A DNA stretch of 64,000 nt from Nemertoderma westbladi (lineage: Eukaryota > Animalia > Xenacoelomorpha), in NCBI GenBank assembly GCA_032718475.1, contig JAUCBJ010001075.1, positions 1 to 64,000 on the forward strand, in the 5' to 3' direction. The notes under the pieces were generated by a model. It saw nothing but the letters and a program-made list of their open reading frames with translations, was not told where the DNA came from and did no database searches. Numbering within the stretch: the stretch's first letter is position 1; every line of letters starts with the position of its first letter. The translations under genes were made by a program, and so were the position numbers. This document shows positions 37,847 through 50,977 of the stretch, piece after piece.

Positions 37847-38175
37847 ATGGCTGCGAGTTTCTTGAGCTACCTACCGGCAAGTCAGATGTCCCATGAGAAG
37901 AAATCCACTCTCCTAACTCTCATGATCCTAACTATAGCAGCGATTCTCTCCTTCCTAATCAGACTCTTCTCTGTACTCAGATTCGAATCGGTTATTCATG
38001 AGTTCGATCCCTACTTTAACTACCGTACCACGAGATTTCTTGTTGACAATGGCTACTACGACTTCCATAACTGGTTCGATGACCGCGCCTGGTATCCTTT
38101 GGGAAGGATTATTGGTGGAACCATCTACCCCGGGTTGATGATTACATCTACTATATTATATAACCTACTCCATAG
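37847..38175 (+). CDS. STT3A: STT3A coding exon 1
   Basis: [38 protein letters not shown]; donor ag|gtttgt. Confidence 0.96.
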
Positions 38176-38326
38176 GTTTGTGAGTCGTCATTTCTCATTT
38201 TGTCTTTATGTCCTACCGCCATCGTACAGTCGTTGTAATTCTGTAACTTACCTTATATAATAACATATTTGTGTATATACCGGTACTGGTACTGTAGTAG
38301 CGTGTACTGGTGTAGGCCCTATACAC

Positions 38327-39114
38327 GGATACATGACCGAACGTAATCAGGATCGAATGTAACATAGTTCAGTAGTTATTACGTATCGAACGTAACCGCA
38401 ATTATGTTACATTGGATCCTATAACTATGTTACATTCGATCTACAATTTACTAAGCCCGAATGTAACATGCCATTTAAAGGAGCAGGTTACAGATACGTG
38501 TTGGGGGAACCAAAACAATAAACGAAAGTTAACACATGTTACAAGATTATGCAGGTTACTTTTATTTAAAGGCAGAAAGGAGCAGGTTACAGAGGCGTGT
38601 TGGGGGGAACCAAAACAATAAACGAAAGTTAACACATGTTACATTCGATCTACAATTTACTAAGCCCGAATGTAACATGCCATTTAAAGGAGCAGGTTAC
38701 AGATACGTGTTGGGGGAACCAAAACAATAAACGAAAGTTAACACATGTTACAAGATTATGCAGGTTACTTTTATTTAAAGGCAGAAAGGAGCATGTTACA
38801 GAGGCGTGTTGGGGGGAACCAAAACAATAAACGAAAGTTAACACATGTTACAAGATTATGCAAGTTACTTAATTGGGTCTTTGTTTTGTACTCACCAAAC
38901 TGTTTCTTCCTGTAAATAAACGAAGCATTTAATCGGTTTAACTCCTGAAATCAAAACACAACAGAAATAAATGTACCGGTATGTTACATTCGAGCTTAGT
39001 AATTTGTAGATCGAATGTAACATAGTTATAGGATCCAATGTAACATAATTGAGGTTACTTTCGATTCGTAAAAACTATGTTACATTCGATCCTGATTACG
39101 TTCGGTCTGTCACC
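38327..39114. mobile_element. Mutator-like MITE in STT3A intron 1
   Basis: ~140 bp TIRs; direct flank ccctatacac at 38317-38326 and 39115-39124; internal 209-bp tandem duplication. Confidence 0.85.
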
Positions 39115-39578
39115 CCCTATACACTATAGGCCTATAAATTATATACCGATTACATCATATTACAGTATTATATGCTTATTTATACAGTTTTAGGGCCTGG
39201 CCTACCTAAATAATTATATATAGGGGTACTGTAAATCAGTAAATTGTAATACAGTTCAGATCAGACTACACTATTTATTGTACTAATCCCGAGACAAGTA
39301 TTTTTTTATACATAAACATAACATATCAGCACAGCAGCATATTTAGTACATCTAAAACTACAACACAGAGTGTCAAACATACAACATACCCAGACAGCCA
39401 GATACCGTGCGGCATTAATCAGTTAAATATGTAATTTATGTCGATCCATTACCCGTACGGCCGTACATCTATCAATACTTAAACAGTGATTAGCTTCTAC
39501 TAAGTCTGAAACTTACTTTCAGTTTCTGTAGGTTAGACCTAACTCATATAACAGTCTAAAAAACATTATATATTTTAG

Positions 39579-40931
39579 CCTCAACATTACAATCGACATC
39601 CGTAACGTATGTGTCTTCCTGGCCCCCCTCTTCTCCTCACTAACCAGCATCGTCACCTACCATCTCACCAAAGAGCTCTGGTCCACAGGGGCTGGCCTCG
39701 TCGCTGCTAGTCTCATTGCTATCGTCCCTGGTTACATATCCCGTTCGGTGGCTGGAAGTTACGACAACGAAGGAATCGCGATCTTCTGCATGCTCCTCAC
39801 CTACACATTGTGGATAAAAGCTGTTAAACGTGGCAGCGTTGCCTGGGCGACTGCCTGCGCAGTCGCATACTTCTACATGGTATCATCCTGGGGAGGCTAC
39901 GTCTTCCTTATCAACCTCATACCAATGCATGTATTCGCTCTCATAGTAACCGGTCGTTTCAACGTAAAGGTCTACGTTAGCTACTGCACCGTCTTCTGCC
40001 TCGGTACCGTAATGTCAATGCAGATCCCCTTCGTGGGGTTCCAGCCTATACAGAGCTCGGAGCACATGGCCGCCTTCGGGGTCTTCGGACTCTGTCAGAT
40101 AGTCGGTTTCTACCAGTACGCCGCGAGCAAGTTGTCCAAAGAAGAGTTGAATCTCTTGTCGCGGTTCGTTATCTCGGCGACGGTGGTGGTCTCGTTGGTT
40201 GTCGCCATGGCTCTGCAACTCTCCGGTAAGATCGCGCCCTGGACCGGTCGCTTCTACAGTCTGCTGGATCCCAGTTACGCCAAGAACAACATCCCCATCA
40301 TCGCGTCCGTCTCCGAACATCAACCGACCGCCTGGAGTTCCTTCTACTTCGATCTGCAACTCCTCGTCTTTATGTTCCCCGTTGGCCTCTACCACTGCTT
40401 CGCTAACCTCACCACCGAGAACATCTTTATCATTCTGTACGGCGTCACTAGCATCTACTTCGCCGGCGTTATGGTTCGATTGATGTTGGTTCTAGCGCCG
40501 GTTATGTGCATCCTTGCGAGCATAGGTCTCAACAAAACGATGACGTCCTTTATGAAGAACTTGGAATCGACGAACAAGGAAACCCCGCAGCCGAAGAAAC
40601 GAGCCGACAACTCGTACTCCGTTAAGAACGAGGTCGCCATGGCTGTGGTCGCGATGATCACGCTGTTCCTGACCACCTACGTGTTCCACTGCACCTGGGT
40701 GACCAGCGAGGCCTACAGCAGTCCGTCCATCGTGCTGGCGGCTAGGGGCGGCAGCGATGGAAGTCGGATGATATTCGACGACTTCAGGGAGGCCTACTAC
40801 TGGATGCGGCAGAACACCGAGGAAGACGCGAAGATAATGTCCTGGTGGGATTACGGATATCAGATAACCGCGATGGCTAACCGAACCATACTAGTCGACA
40901 ATAACACCTGGAACAACACTCACATATCGAG
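39579..40931 (+). CDS. STT3A: STT3A coding exon 2
   Basis: [41 protein letters not shown]. Confidence 0.97.
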
Positions 40932-41122
40932 GTTATTATTACATTGTACACACCTTATATATTAATGTTAAGAAATTTACTATTCGCAACAATAAACTCA
41001 GTTCAGTTACCATCGTTTTAAAAAAAAACCGATAGCGAGAAAAATTTCGGTACCCTGTGATATTATTTGGTTACCGGAACGTTTTATTGGTATACTTCAT
41101 CGTGATTCCTCTTGTTTTACAG

Positions 41123-41570
41123 AGTCGGCCAAGCGATGTCTTCCACTGAGGATAAAGCCTACGAGATAATGCAGGAGCTGGACGTTGACTACGTGCTCGT
41201 AATATTCGGCGGCATGGTCGGCTACTCCTCCGACGACATCAACAAGTTCCTCTGGATGGTCCGGATCGGCGGCTCCACAGACAGGGGGACCCACATACAC
41301 GAGAAGGATTACTACACCCCCAGCGGCGAGTTCCGAGTCGACAGAGAGGGCTCCCCCACCCTCCTCAACTGTCTCATGTACAAACTCTGCTACTACAAGT
41401 TCGGTAACGTCTACACCGACGCCAACAAACCGATGGGTTACGATAGAGTTCGCAACGTCGAGATCGGTAACAAAGACTTCGAGTTGGATGTACTGGAGGA
41501 GGCCTACACCACTCAGCATTGGTTGGTGCGGATATACAAGGTGAAACCGATGTCTAATCGGGGTATATAG
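41123..41570 (+). CDS. STT3A: STT3A coding exon 3 (spliced product 709 aa)
   Basis: [48 protein letters not shown]; A-type residues. Confidence 0.96.
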
Positions 41571-42759
41571 AGGGTCCCCCTGGGGTTGTATTACTTGAGT
41601 TTATTTATTGAGGTGGAGTTGAGACAAGGTGCCGGGTATAGGAATCGGTTGAGTGGCTCGATCCAGTCCATCGTTATGTCTTCACAGACTTTGGCGGATG
41701 CTTTTAGCGACTAAATTATTGTTTGTCTATATATTTATATACAAAGACTCGATAAAAATAATGAAATAAGATGATTAGGGACGGGTTGATAATTTTTTAT
41801 ATCATTGCCAGGTGATTTTTATAATAACATCAGTGCCGGTGGTCCAATACACTATTATATTCTGTAAACCTGCAAACTGCAAGTCTAAACATCGGAATAT
41901 AAGTTTATTAATCCAAATCGGTGTAGTAATTATGATTAATTATTATCCTAATTGTTTAGGTGAAGGAAATAAAGACATAAATGGTTAATAGGTGCACATT
42001 ATTTAACACCTATTTATACACAACACGTGAAATTAATTGTTTTACATTCTTTATTTTGGTTTCTATGTATCAGGTATTGTGACCATTTGGTTTTGGATCT
42101 CTCAGTTAACTCGAACATCCACCAACACCAGTTAGGTGATAACATACAGTGAGGCTATGTATTTTCAATATCAATAGTAATATTTTTGGGGACATAATAT
42201 ATTACGTGCTAAACTTATTTTCGTTACTGGTTTATAGCTAACTATTTATTTTCTCCAGGTTATAGGTGTACGATACCAGTGTTGCTCGAGTTTGTGCAGT
42301 TTATATCAAACAAACCTTGTATAGTAAACAACTTGCATACAAAATGTGAATTAATACATTCCTGCGGTTTTCGGTGTCAGCTTAATCTTAAAGCTAATCT
42401 ATAATCAACGATATTAGTTTCAATGATGGGAAGGCCCACTTTGAGAAGCTCCAAAACGATGGCAGTGTATTGAATGATAACGTAGTGTGATACATCCTGT
42501 GTGTGTCTGAGTATCTAGGAAGTACTCCATACTCACAGACACAGATATACACAGAGAGACATACATAGCTCCTTTGCCAAAGTCTAGATTGATGCAAAGA
42601 GAATGAAGCATCAGCATCAAGCAAACAGCATACCGATAGATAGAGCCAGTAAATATCAGTCGGCTTCTTCAAGACATACTCTAAAGATCAGCCCCCAGCG
42701 GCAAATTTCACAAAAAGGGAACCCCAAAATTCAAGAAAAAAAGGGGGAAAGGAGCCACA

Positions 42760-45140
42760 AATGTTAAAATAAAGGGGAAAAGGGAACCACAACAGATAAA
42801 TTAAAGGGGAAAAAGGAACCACAAAAGATAAAATAAAGGGGAAAAAGGAACCACAAAAGATAAAATAAAGGGGAAAAAGGAACCACAAAAGATAAAATAA
42901 AGGGGAAAAAGGAACCACAAAAGATAAAATAAAGGGGAAAAAGGAGCCACAAAAAGATAAAATAAAGGGGAAAAAGGAACCACAAAAGATAAAATAAAGG
43001 GGAAAAAGGAACCCCAAAAGATAAAATAAAGGGGAAAAAGGAGCCACAAAAGATAAAATAAAGGGGAAAAAGGAACCACAAAAGATAAAATAAAGGGGAA
43101 AAAGGAACCACAAAAGATAAAATAGAGGGGAAAAAGGAACCCCAAAAGATAAAATAAAGGGGAAAAAGGAACCACAAAAGATAAAATAAAGGGGAAAAAG
43201 GAACCACAAAAGATAAAATAAAGGGGAAAAAGGAACCACAAAAGATAAAATAAAGGGGAAAAAGGAACCACAAAAGATAAAATAAAGGGGAAAAAGGAAC
43301 CCCAAAAGATAAAATAAAGGGGAAAAAGGAACCACAAAAGATAAAATAAAGGGGAAAAAGGAACCACAAAAGATAAAATAAAGGGGAAAAGGGAACCACA
43401 AAAGATAAAATAAAGGGGAAAAGGAACCACAAAAGATAAAATAAAGGGGAAAAAGGAACCACAAAAGATAAAATAAAGGGGAAAAGGGAACCACAAAAGA
43501 TAAAATAAAGGGGAAAAAGGAACCCCAAAAGATAAAATAAAGGGGAAAAAGGAACCACAAAAGATAAAATAAAGGGGAAAAAGGAACCACAAAAGATAAA
43601 ATAAAGGGGAAAAGGGAACCACAAAAGATAAAATAAAGGGGAAAAGGGAACCACAAAAGATAAAATAAAGGGGAAAAGGGAACCACAAAAGATAAAATAA
43701 AGGGGAAAAAGGAACCCCAAAAGATAAAATAAAGGGGAAAAAGGAACCACAAAAGATAAAATAAAGGGGAAAAAGGAACCACAAAAGATAAAATAAAGGG
43801 GAAAAGGGAACCACAAAAGATAAAATAAAGGGGAAAAAGGAACCCCAAAAGATAAAATAAAGGGGAAAAAGGAACCACAAAAGATAAAATAAAGGGGAAA
43901 AGGGAACCACAAAAGATAAAATAAAGGGGAAAAAGGAACCCCAAAAGATAAAATAAAGGGGAAAAGGGAACCACAAAAGATAAAATAAAGGGGAAAAAGG
44001 GAACCACAAAAGATAAAATAAAGGGGAAAAAGGAACCACAAAAGATAAAATAAAGGGGAAAAAGGAACCACAAAAGATAAAATAAAGGGGAAAAAGGAAC
44101 CCCAAAAGATAAAATAAAGGGGAAAAAGGAACCCCAAAAGATAAAATAAAGGGGAAAAAGGAACCACAAAAGATAAAATAAAGGGGAAAAAGGAACCACA
44201 AAAGATAAAATAAAGGGGAAAAAGGAACCACAAAAGATAAAATAAAGGGGAAAAAGGAACCCCAAAAGATAAAATAAAGGGGAAAAAGGGACCACAAAAG
44301 ATAAAATAAAGGGGAAAAAGGAACCCCAAAAGATAAAATAAAGGGGAAAAGGGAACCACAAAAGATAAAATAAAGGGGAAAAAGGAACCCCAAAAGATAA
44401 AATAAAGGGGAAAAAGGAACCCCAAAAGATAAAATAAAGGGGAAAAAGGAACCACAAAAGATAAAATAAAGGGGAAAAAGGAACCACAAAAGATAAAATA
44501 AAGGGGAAAAAGGAACCACAAAAGATAAAATAAAGGGGAAAAAGGAACCCCAAAAGATAAAATAAAGGGGAAAAAGGAACCACAAAAGACAAAATAAAGG
44601 GGAAAAAGGAACCCCAAAAGATAAAATAAAGGGGAAAAAGGGACCACAAAAGATAAAATAAAGGGGAAAAAGGAACCACAAAAGATAAAATAAAGGGGAA
44701 AAAGGAACCACAAAAGATAAAATAAAGGAGAAAAAGTAACCACAAAAGATAAAATAAAGGGGAAAAAGGAACCCCAAAAGATAAAATAAAGGGGAAAAAG
44801 GAACCACAAAAGATAAAATAAAGGGGAAAAAGTAACCACAAAAGATAAAATAAAGGGGAAAAAGGAACCCCAAAAGATAAAATAAAGGGGAAAAAGGAAC
44901 CACAAAAGATAAAATAAAGGGGAAAAAGGAACCACAAAAGATAAAATAAAGGGGAAAAGGGAACCACAAAAGATAAAATAAAGGGGAAAAGGGAACCACA
45001 AAAGATAAAATAAAGGGGAAAAAGGAACCACAAAAGATAAAATAAAGGGGAAAAAGGAACCACAAAAGATAAAATAAAGGGGAAAAAGGAACCACAAAAG
45101 ATAAAATAAAGGGGAAAAAGGAACCACAAAAGATAAAAAG
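42760..45140 (+). repeat. 32-bp purine-rich minisatellite, ~74 copies
   Basis: Unit AAAAGATAAAATAAAGGGGAAAAAGGAACCAC. Confidence 0.98.
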
Positions 45141-46055
45141 AGATAAAGAGTTGCTTCCCTCATTTTTCAGTAATTTTATGGATTACCTACCAAATAGTTT
45201 ACATAGAGGTCTCGTGGAGTTTGATAGTTAATGGATGTGATGCAGTAGTGTAGAAAGTGGAAAATAAAACCTGAAGTTTTCCATTTTTTAATGTTAGAAA
45301 ATGAGAAATTTCAGCTAAGTAAAATTGAGCGCAGTGCTACAGTATATAGGCGGCAGCATCATATTTTAAAAATTAAAATCATTAAATTTCCTTAAGAATG
45401 CGATCTATAATGACTAGGGTTTAAAAAAATTCATGATACAGAATATTACCCATGAAACTTTTGAATTTTTTAAATTTGTTATGAAATATAATGAATTATT
45501 TAAATTGAACAATGTAGGGGGTGGATTGGGGGGGGGGGGGGGGTGGGGGGGGGTGGGTGATGGGTACCTGGGGCGCGCCTATTTTATGAAGCGGGTAGGA
45601 AGTTTATGAAGGGCCCACATGAGTTAACAAACTTATGGTTATTGCGTACAACCGTCGCCTACAGTCGATCACTAAAACGGAGTCTTCAGAGCAAAGGGCA
45701 ATTCGACAATCCTTCTGTGTTGTAGCGACGGAGGACGATGTAACCATAGGATATGACTACGCTCTGGGTCATTTCACAGATGCTGATGACACCAGCGATG
45801 AAGAATTGGAGTTCGAGAGGTTTGAAGACTATACTGTTTAGTTTTAGTTAGTTAAAGATTGGGTTGTGATTTATTGTTATATGATTTTAATTAATATAAT
45901 TATAATATTACAACTATATTATTCAAATACCATTTTACTACTATTATTATTACTACATTAATACTATTATTTAAGTAACAAATATTGATGATTTTCAAGC
46001 TTACACCGAGGATTATTAAAGTAGTGGGAAGAGGTAGAAGCAAAATACAGTCTAG

Positions 46056-48180
46056 TAAAACAGTCTAACTCCAAAATAAAATATATAAAACAGTCTAACT
46101 CCAAAATAAAATATATAAAACAGTCTAACTCCAAAATAAAATATATAAAACAGTCTAACTCCAAAATAAAATATATAAAACAGTCTAACTCCAAAATAAA
46201 ATATATAAAACAGTCTAACTCCAAAATATAATATATAAAACAGTCTAACTCCAAAATAAAATATATAAAACAGTCTAACTCCAAAATAAAATATATAAAA
46301 CAGTTTAACTCCAAAATAAAATATATAAAACAGTCTAACTCCAAAATAAAATATATAAAACAGTCTAACTCCAAAATAAAATATATAAAACAGTCTAACT
46401 CCAAAATAAAATATATAAAACAGTCTATTAACTCCAAAATAAAATATATAAAACAGTCTAACTCCAAAATAAAATATATAAAACAGTCTAACTCCAAAAT
46501 AAAATATATAAAACAGTCTAACTCCAAAATAAAATATATAAAACAGTCTAACTCCAAAATAAAATATATAAAACAGTCTAACTCCAAAATAAAATATATA
46601 AAACAGTCTAACTCCAAAATAAAATATATAAAACAGTCTAACTCCAAAATAAAATATATAAAACAGTCTAACTCCAAAATAAAATATATAAAACAGTCTA
46701 ACTCCAAAATAAAATATATAAAACAGTCTATTAACTCCAAAATAAAATATATAAAACAGTCTAACTCCAAAATAAAATATATAAAACAGTCTAACTCCAA
46801 AATAAAATATATAAAACAGTCTAACTCCAAAATAAAATATATAAAACAGTCTAACTCCAAAATAAAATATATAAAACAGTCTAACTCCAAAATAAAATAT
46901 ATAAAACAGTCTAACTCCAAAATAAAATATATAAAACAGTCTAACTCCAAAATAAAATATATAAAACAGTCTAACTCCAAAATAAAATATATAAAACAGT
47001 CTAACTCCAAAATAAAATATATAAAACAGTCTAACTCCAAAATAAAATATATAAAACAGTCTAACTCCAAAATAAAATATATAAAACAGTCTAACTCCAA
47101 AATAAAATATATAAAACAGTCTAACACCAAAATAAAATATATAAAACAGTCTAACTCCAAAATATAATATATAAAACAGTCTAACTCCAAAATAAAATTT
47201 ATAAAACAGTCTAACTCCAAAATATAATATATAAAACAGTCTAACTCCAAAATAAAATATATAAAACAGTCTAACTCCAAAATAAAATATATAAAACAGT
47301 CTAACTCCAAAATAAAATATATAAAACAGTCTAACTCCAAAATAAAATATATAAAACAGTCTAACTCCAAAATAAAATATATAAAACAGTCTAACTCCAA
47401 AATAAAATATATAAAACAGTCTAACTCCAAAATAAAATATATAAAACAGTCTAACTCCAAAATAAAATATATAAAACAGTCTAACTCCAAAATAAAATAT
47501 ATAAAACAGTCTAACTCCAAAATAAAATATATAAAACAGTCTAACTCCAAAATAAAATATATAAAACAGTCTATTAACTCCAAAATAAAATATATAAAAC
47601 AGTCTAACTCCAAAATAAAATATATAAAACAGTCTAACTCCAAAATAAAATATATAAAACAGTCTAACTCCAAAATAAAATATATAAAACAGTCTAACTC
47701 CAAAATAAAATATATAAAACAGTCTAACTCCAAAATAAAATATATAAAACAGTCTAACTCCAAAATAAAATATATAAAACAGTCTAACTCCAAAATAAAA
47801 TATATAAAACAGTCTAACTCCAAAATAAAATATATAAAACAGTCTAACTCCAAAATAAAATATATAAAACAGTCTATTAACTCCAAAATAAAATATATAA
47901 AACAGTCTAACTCCAAAATAAAATATATAAAACAGTCTAACTCCAAAATAAAATATATAAAACAGTCTAACTCCAAAATAAAATATATAAAACAGTCTAA
48001 CTCCAAAATAAAATATATAAAACAGTCTAACTCCAAAATAAAATATATAAAACAGTCTAACTCCAAAATAAAATATATAAAACAGTCTAACTCCAAAATA
48101 AAATATATAAAACAGTCTAACTCCAAAATAAAATATATAAAACAGTCTAACTCCAAAATAAAATATATAAAACAGTCTAA
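46056..48180 (+). repeat. 30-bp minisatellite, ~70 copies
   Basis: Unit TAAAACAGTCTAACTCCAAAATAAAATATA. Confidence 0.98.
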
Positions 48181-48505
48181 AGCTAATAAAGCAGTAATGG
48201 ACTAATCGAATAAGTGACGAAAGTTATGAGTCGCTGAATACTCTGATTGGAATACATTTCATGAAATTCGTGAATTTGAATTGCGAATTAGTTTTGGGTC
48301 ACCTCTCAACCTCTTTTTTCCTCAATTGAGGAGACGGACAGACAATTATTGTAAAACGATGCAAAGTACTACATATACAACATCAAAAAGTAAATAATTT
48401 CACATAAACAATAATATATTAATATTGCAATAATTTTGACATTCAAATTGTAAACATTAAACTAAATAATATTCTTACGTTCGTTACGTTCGTTCTGTAC
48501 CAAGG

Positions 48506-48759
48506 CGAAGTCTAGGTATAAAGTGTACTATACTGTACTATACAAAATGTACTGTACTCTAGTGTACGAAGGCTAGGTACAAAGTGTACTATACTGTACT
48601 ATACAAAATGTACTGTACTCTAGTGTACGAAGGCTAGGTACAAAGTGTACTATACTGTACTATACAAAATGTACTGTACTCTAGTGTACGAAGGCTAGGT
48701 ACAAAGTGTACTATACTGTACTATACAAAATGTACTGTACTCTAGTGTACGAAGGCTAG
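48506..48759 (+). repeat. 61-bp tandem repeat, 4 copies
   Basis: CTAGGTACAAAGTGTACTATACTGTAC... at 48512, 48573, 48634, 48695. Confidence 0.95.
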
Positions 48760-49056
48760 TTTTGCTAGCAGAGCTTTATTGTCAGTCTCTCTCAGTGGCA
48801 GTAATGAAATAACTGCAGTATACTCGATGCTTACGATCTATTGTAAGAAGTATTAAGTGAGTGTACTGTACAGGAATGTACAGGAAATTTTTTTTTTTAC
48901 TGTATAGGAATGCCAGTAATCTAATATAGTTTGTCAATTCGGAAACTAAGAAAGGGTAAATAAAAATGCTTATTTTTTTTATTTATCATTATTAAAAAAA
49001 GGGGAAAAAGGATAAATTCAATAAAAAAAAAGGGGAAGATCCAAAAAAAGGGGTAA

Positions 49057-50572
49057 AAGGAACCGCTGGGAGGGCTGAAAGATGTTCTGCCAAATAAGAA
49101 GGAACCGCTGGGAGGGCTGAAAGATGTTCTGCCAAAGAAGAAGGAACCGCTGGGAGGGCTGAAAGATGTTCTGCCAAATAAGAAGGAACCGCTGGGAGGG
49201 CTGAAAGATGTTCTGCCAAATAAGAAGGAACCGCTGGGAGGGCTGAAAGATGTTCTGCCAAAGAAGAAGGAACCGCTGGGAGGGCTGAAAGATGTTCTGC
49301 CAAATAAGAAGGAACCGCTGGGAGGGCTGAAAGATGTTCTGCCAAAGAAGAAGGAACCGCTGGGAGGGCTGAAAGATGTTCTGCCAAAGAAGAAGGAACC
49401 GCTGGGAGGGCTGAAAGATGTTCTGCCAAAGAAGAAGGAACCGCTGGGAGGGCTGAAAGATGTTCTGCCAAAGAAGAAGGAACCGCTGGGAGGGCTGAAA
49501 GATGTTCTGCCAAAGAAGAAGGAACCGCTGGGACGGCTGAAAGATGTTCTGCCAAAGAAGAAGGAACCGCTGGGAGGGCTGAAAGATGTTCTGCCAAAGA
49601 AGAAGGAACCGCTGGGATGGCTGAAAGATGTTCTGCCAAAGAAGAAGGAACCGCTGGGAGGGCTGAAAGATGTTCTGCCAAAGAAGAAGGAACCGTTGGG
49701 AGGGCTGAAAGATGTTCTGCCAAAGAAGAAGGAACCGCTGGGAGGGCTGAAAGATGTTCTGCCAAAGAAGAAGGAACCGCTGGGAGGGCTGAAAGATGTT
49801 CTGCCAAAGAAGAAGGAACCGCTGGGAGGGCTGAAAGATGTTCTGCCAAAGAAGAAGGAACCGCTGGGAGGGCTGAAAGATGTTCTGCCAAAGAAGAAGG
49901 AACCGCTGGGAGGGCTGAAAGATGTTCTGCCAAAGAAGAAGGAACCGCTGGGAGGGCTGAAAGATGTTTTGCCAAAGAAGAAGGAACCGCTGGGAGGGCT
50001 GAAAGATGTTCTGCCAAAGAAGAAGGAACCGCTGGGAGGGCTGAAAGATGTTCTGCCAAAGAAGAAGGAACCGCTGGGAGGGCTGAAAGATGTTCTGCCA
50101 AAGAAGAAGGCACCGCTGGGAGGGCTGAAAGATGTTCTGCCAAAGAAGAAGGAACCGCTGGGAGGGCTGAAAGATGTTCTGCCAAAGAAGAAGGAACCGC
50201 TGGGAGGGCTGAAAGATGTTCTGCCAAAGAAGAAGGAACCGCTGGGAGGGCTGAAAGATGTTCTGCCAAAGAAGAAGGAACCGCTGGGAGGGCTGAAAGA
50301 TGTTCTGCCAAAGAAGAAGGAACCGCTGGGAGGGCTGAAAGATGTTCTGCCAAAGAAGAAGGAACCGCTGGGAGGGCTGAAAGATGTTCTGCCAAAGAAG
50401 AAGGAACCGCTGGGATGGCTGAAAGATGTTCTGCCAAAGAAGAAGGAACCGCTGGGAGGGCTGAAAGATGTTCTGCCAAAGAAGAAGGAACCGCTGGGAG
50501 GGCTGAAAGATGTTCTGCCAAAGAAGAAGGAACCGCTGGGAGGGCTGAAAGATGTTCTGCCAAAGAAGAAGA
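49057..50572 (+). repeat. 42-bp minisatellite, ~36 copies
   Basis: Unit AAGGAACCGCTGGGAGGGCTGAAAGATGTTCTGCCAAAGAAG. Confidence 0.98.
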
Positions 50573-50977
50573 AGATGCAAAGAAGTTGTGAATGAATAAA
50601 TGATCAAAGGGTCTGAATTATGATGAATTGATATTTATTTAAATTTATCCTTAAATAATTAAGTGTTGTATTATAGACCCTCATTTCAATCTCATAACCT
50701 GTACAGATAATTATTAGTTGATTGTTTTTATAAATTATTCAGCCCTTGAATATAACATTGGTTTTTAGTGGAATACCGGTACTGGTATTCTTTAAAGTGA
50801 TATAGGACAGCAACAACAAACTGGTATATCTCACAGCACTCTTCGAAACCGCCTGATCAACGACAAGGAAACAGTGACGTCATGTGTCGCATTACAAACC
50901 CCTTTCACTGATTAACACATAGTGGTTCTGCAGATTATGTGGGATGCAATGCCCCCCTGCCAATTAGGTAACGTGCC

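Noticed and set aside
42688-45163. Three 760-810 aa Phe/Leu-rich ORFs
   Set aside because: Artefact of a 32-bp repeat lacking stops in all three minus frames; intronic
45967-48156. 729 aa (ELDCFIYFIL)n ORF
   Set aside because: Translation of a 30-bp minisatellite with a non-ATG start
48992-50607. 14-aa repeat ORFs on both strands
   Set aside because: 42-bp minisatellite open in several frames; no sign of a preferred frame or exon boundaries
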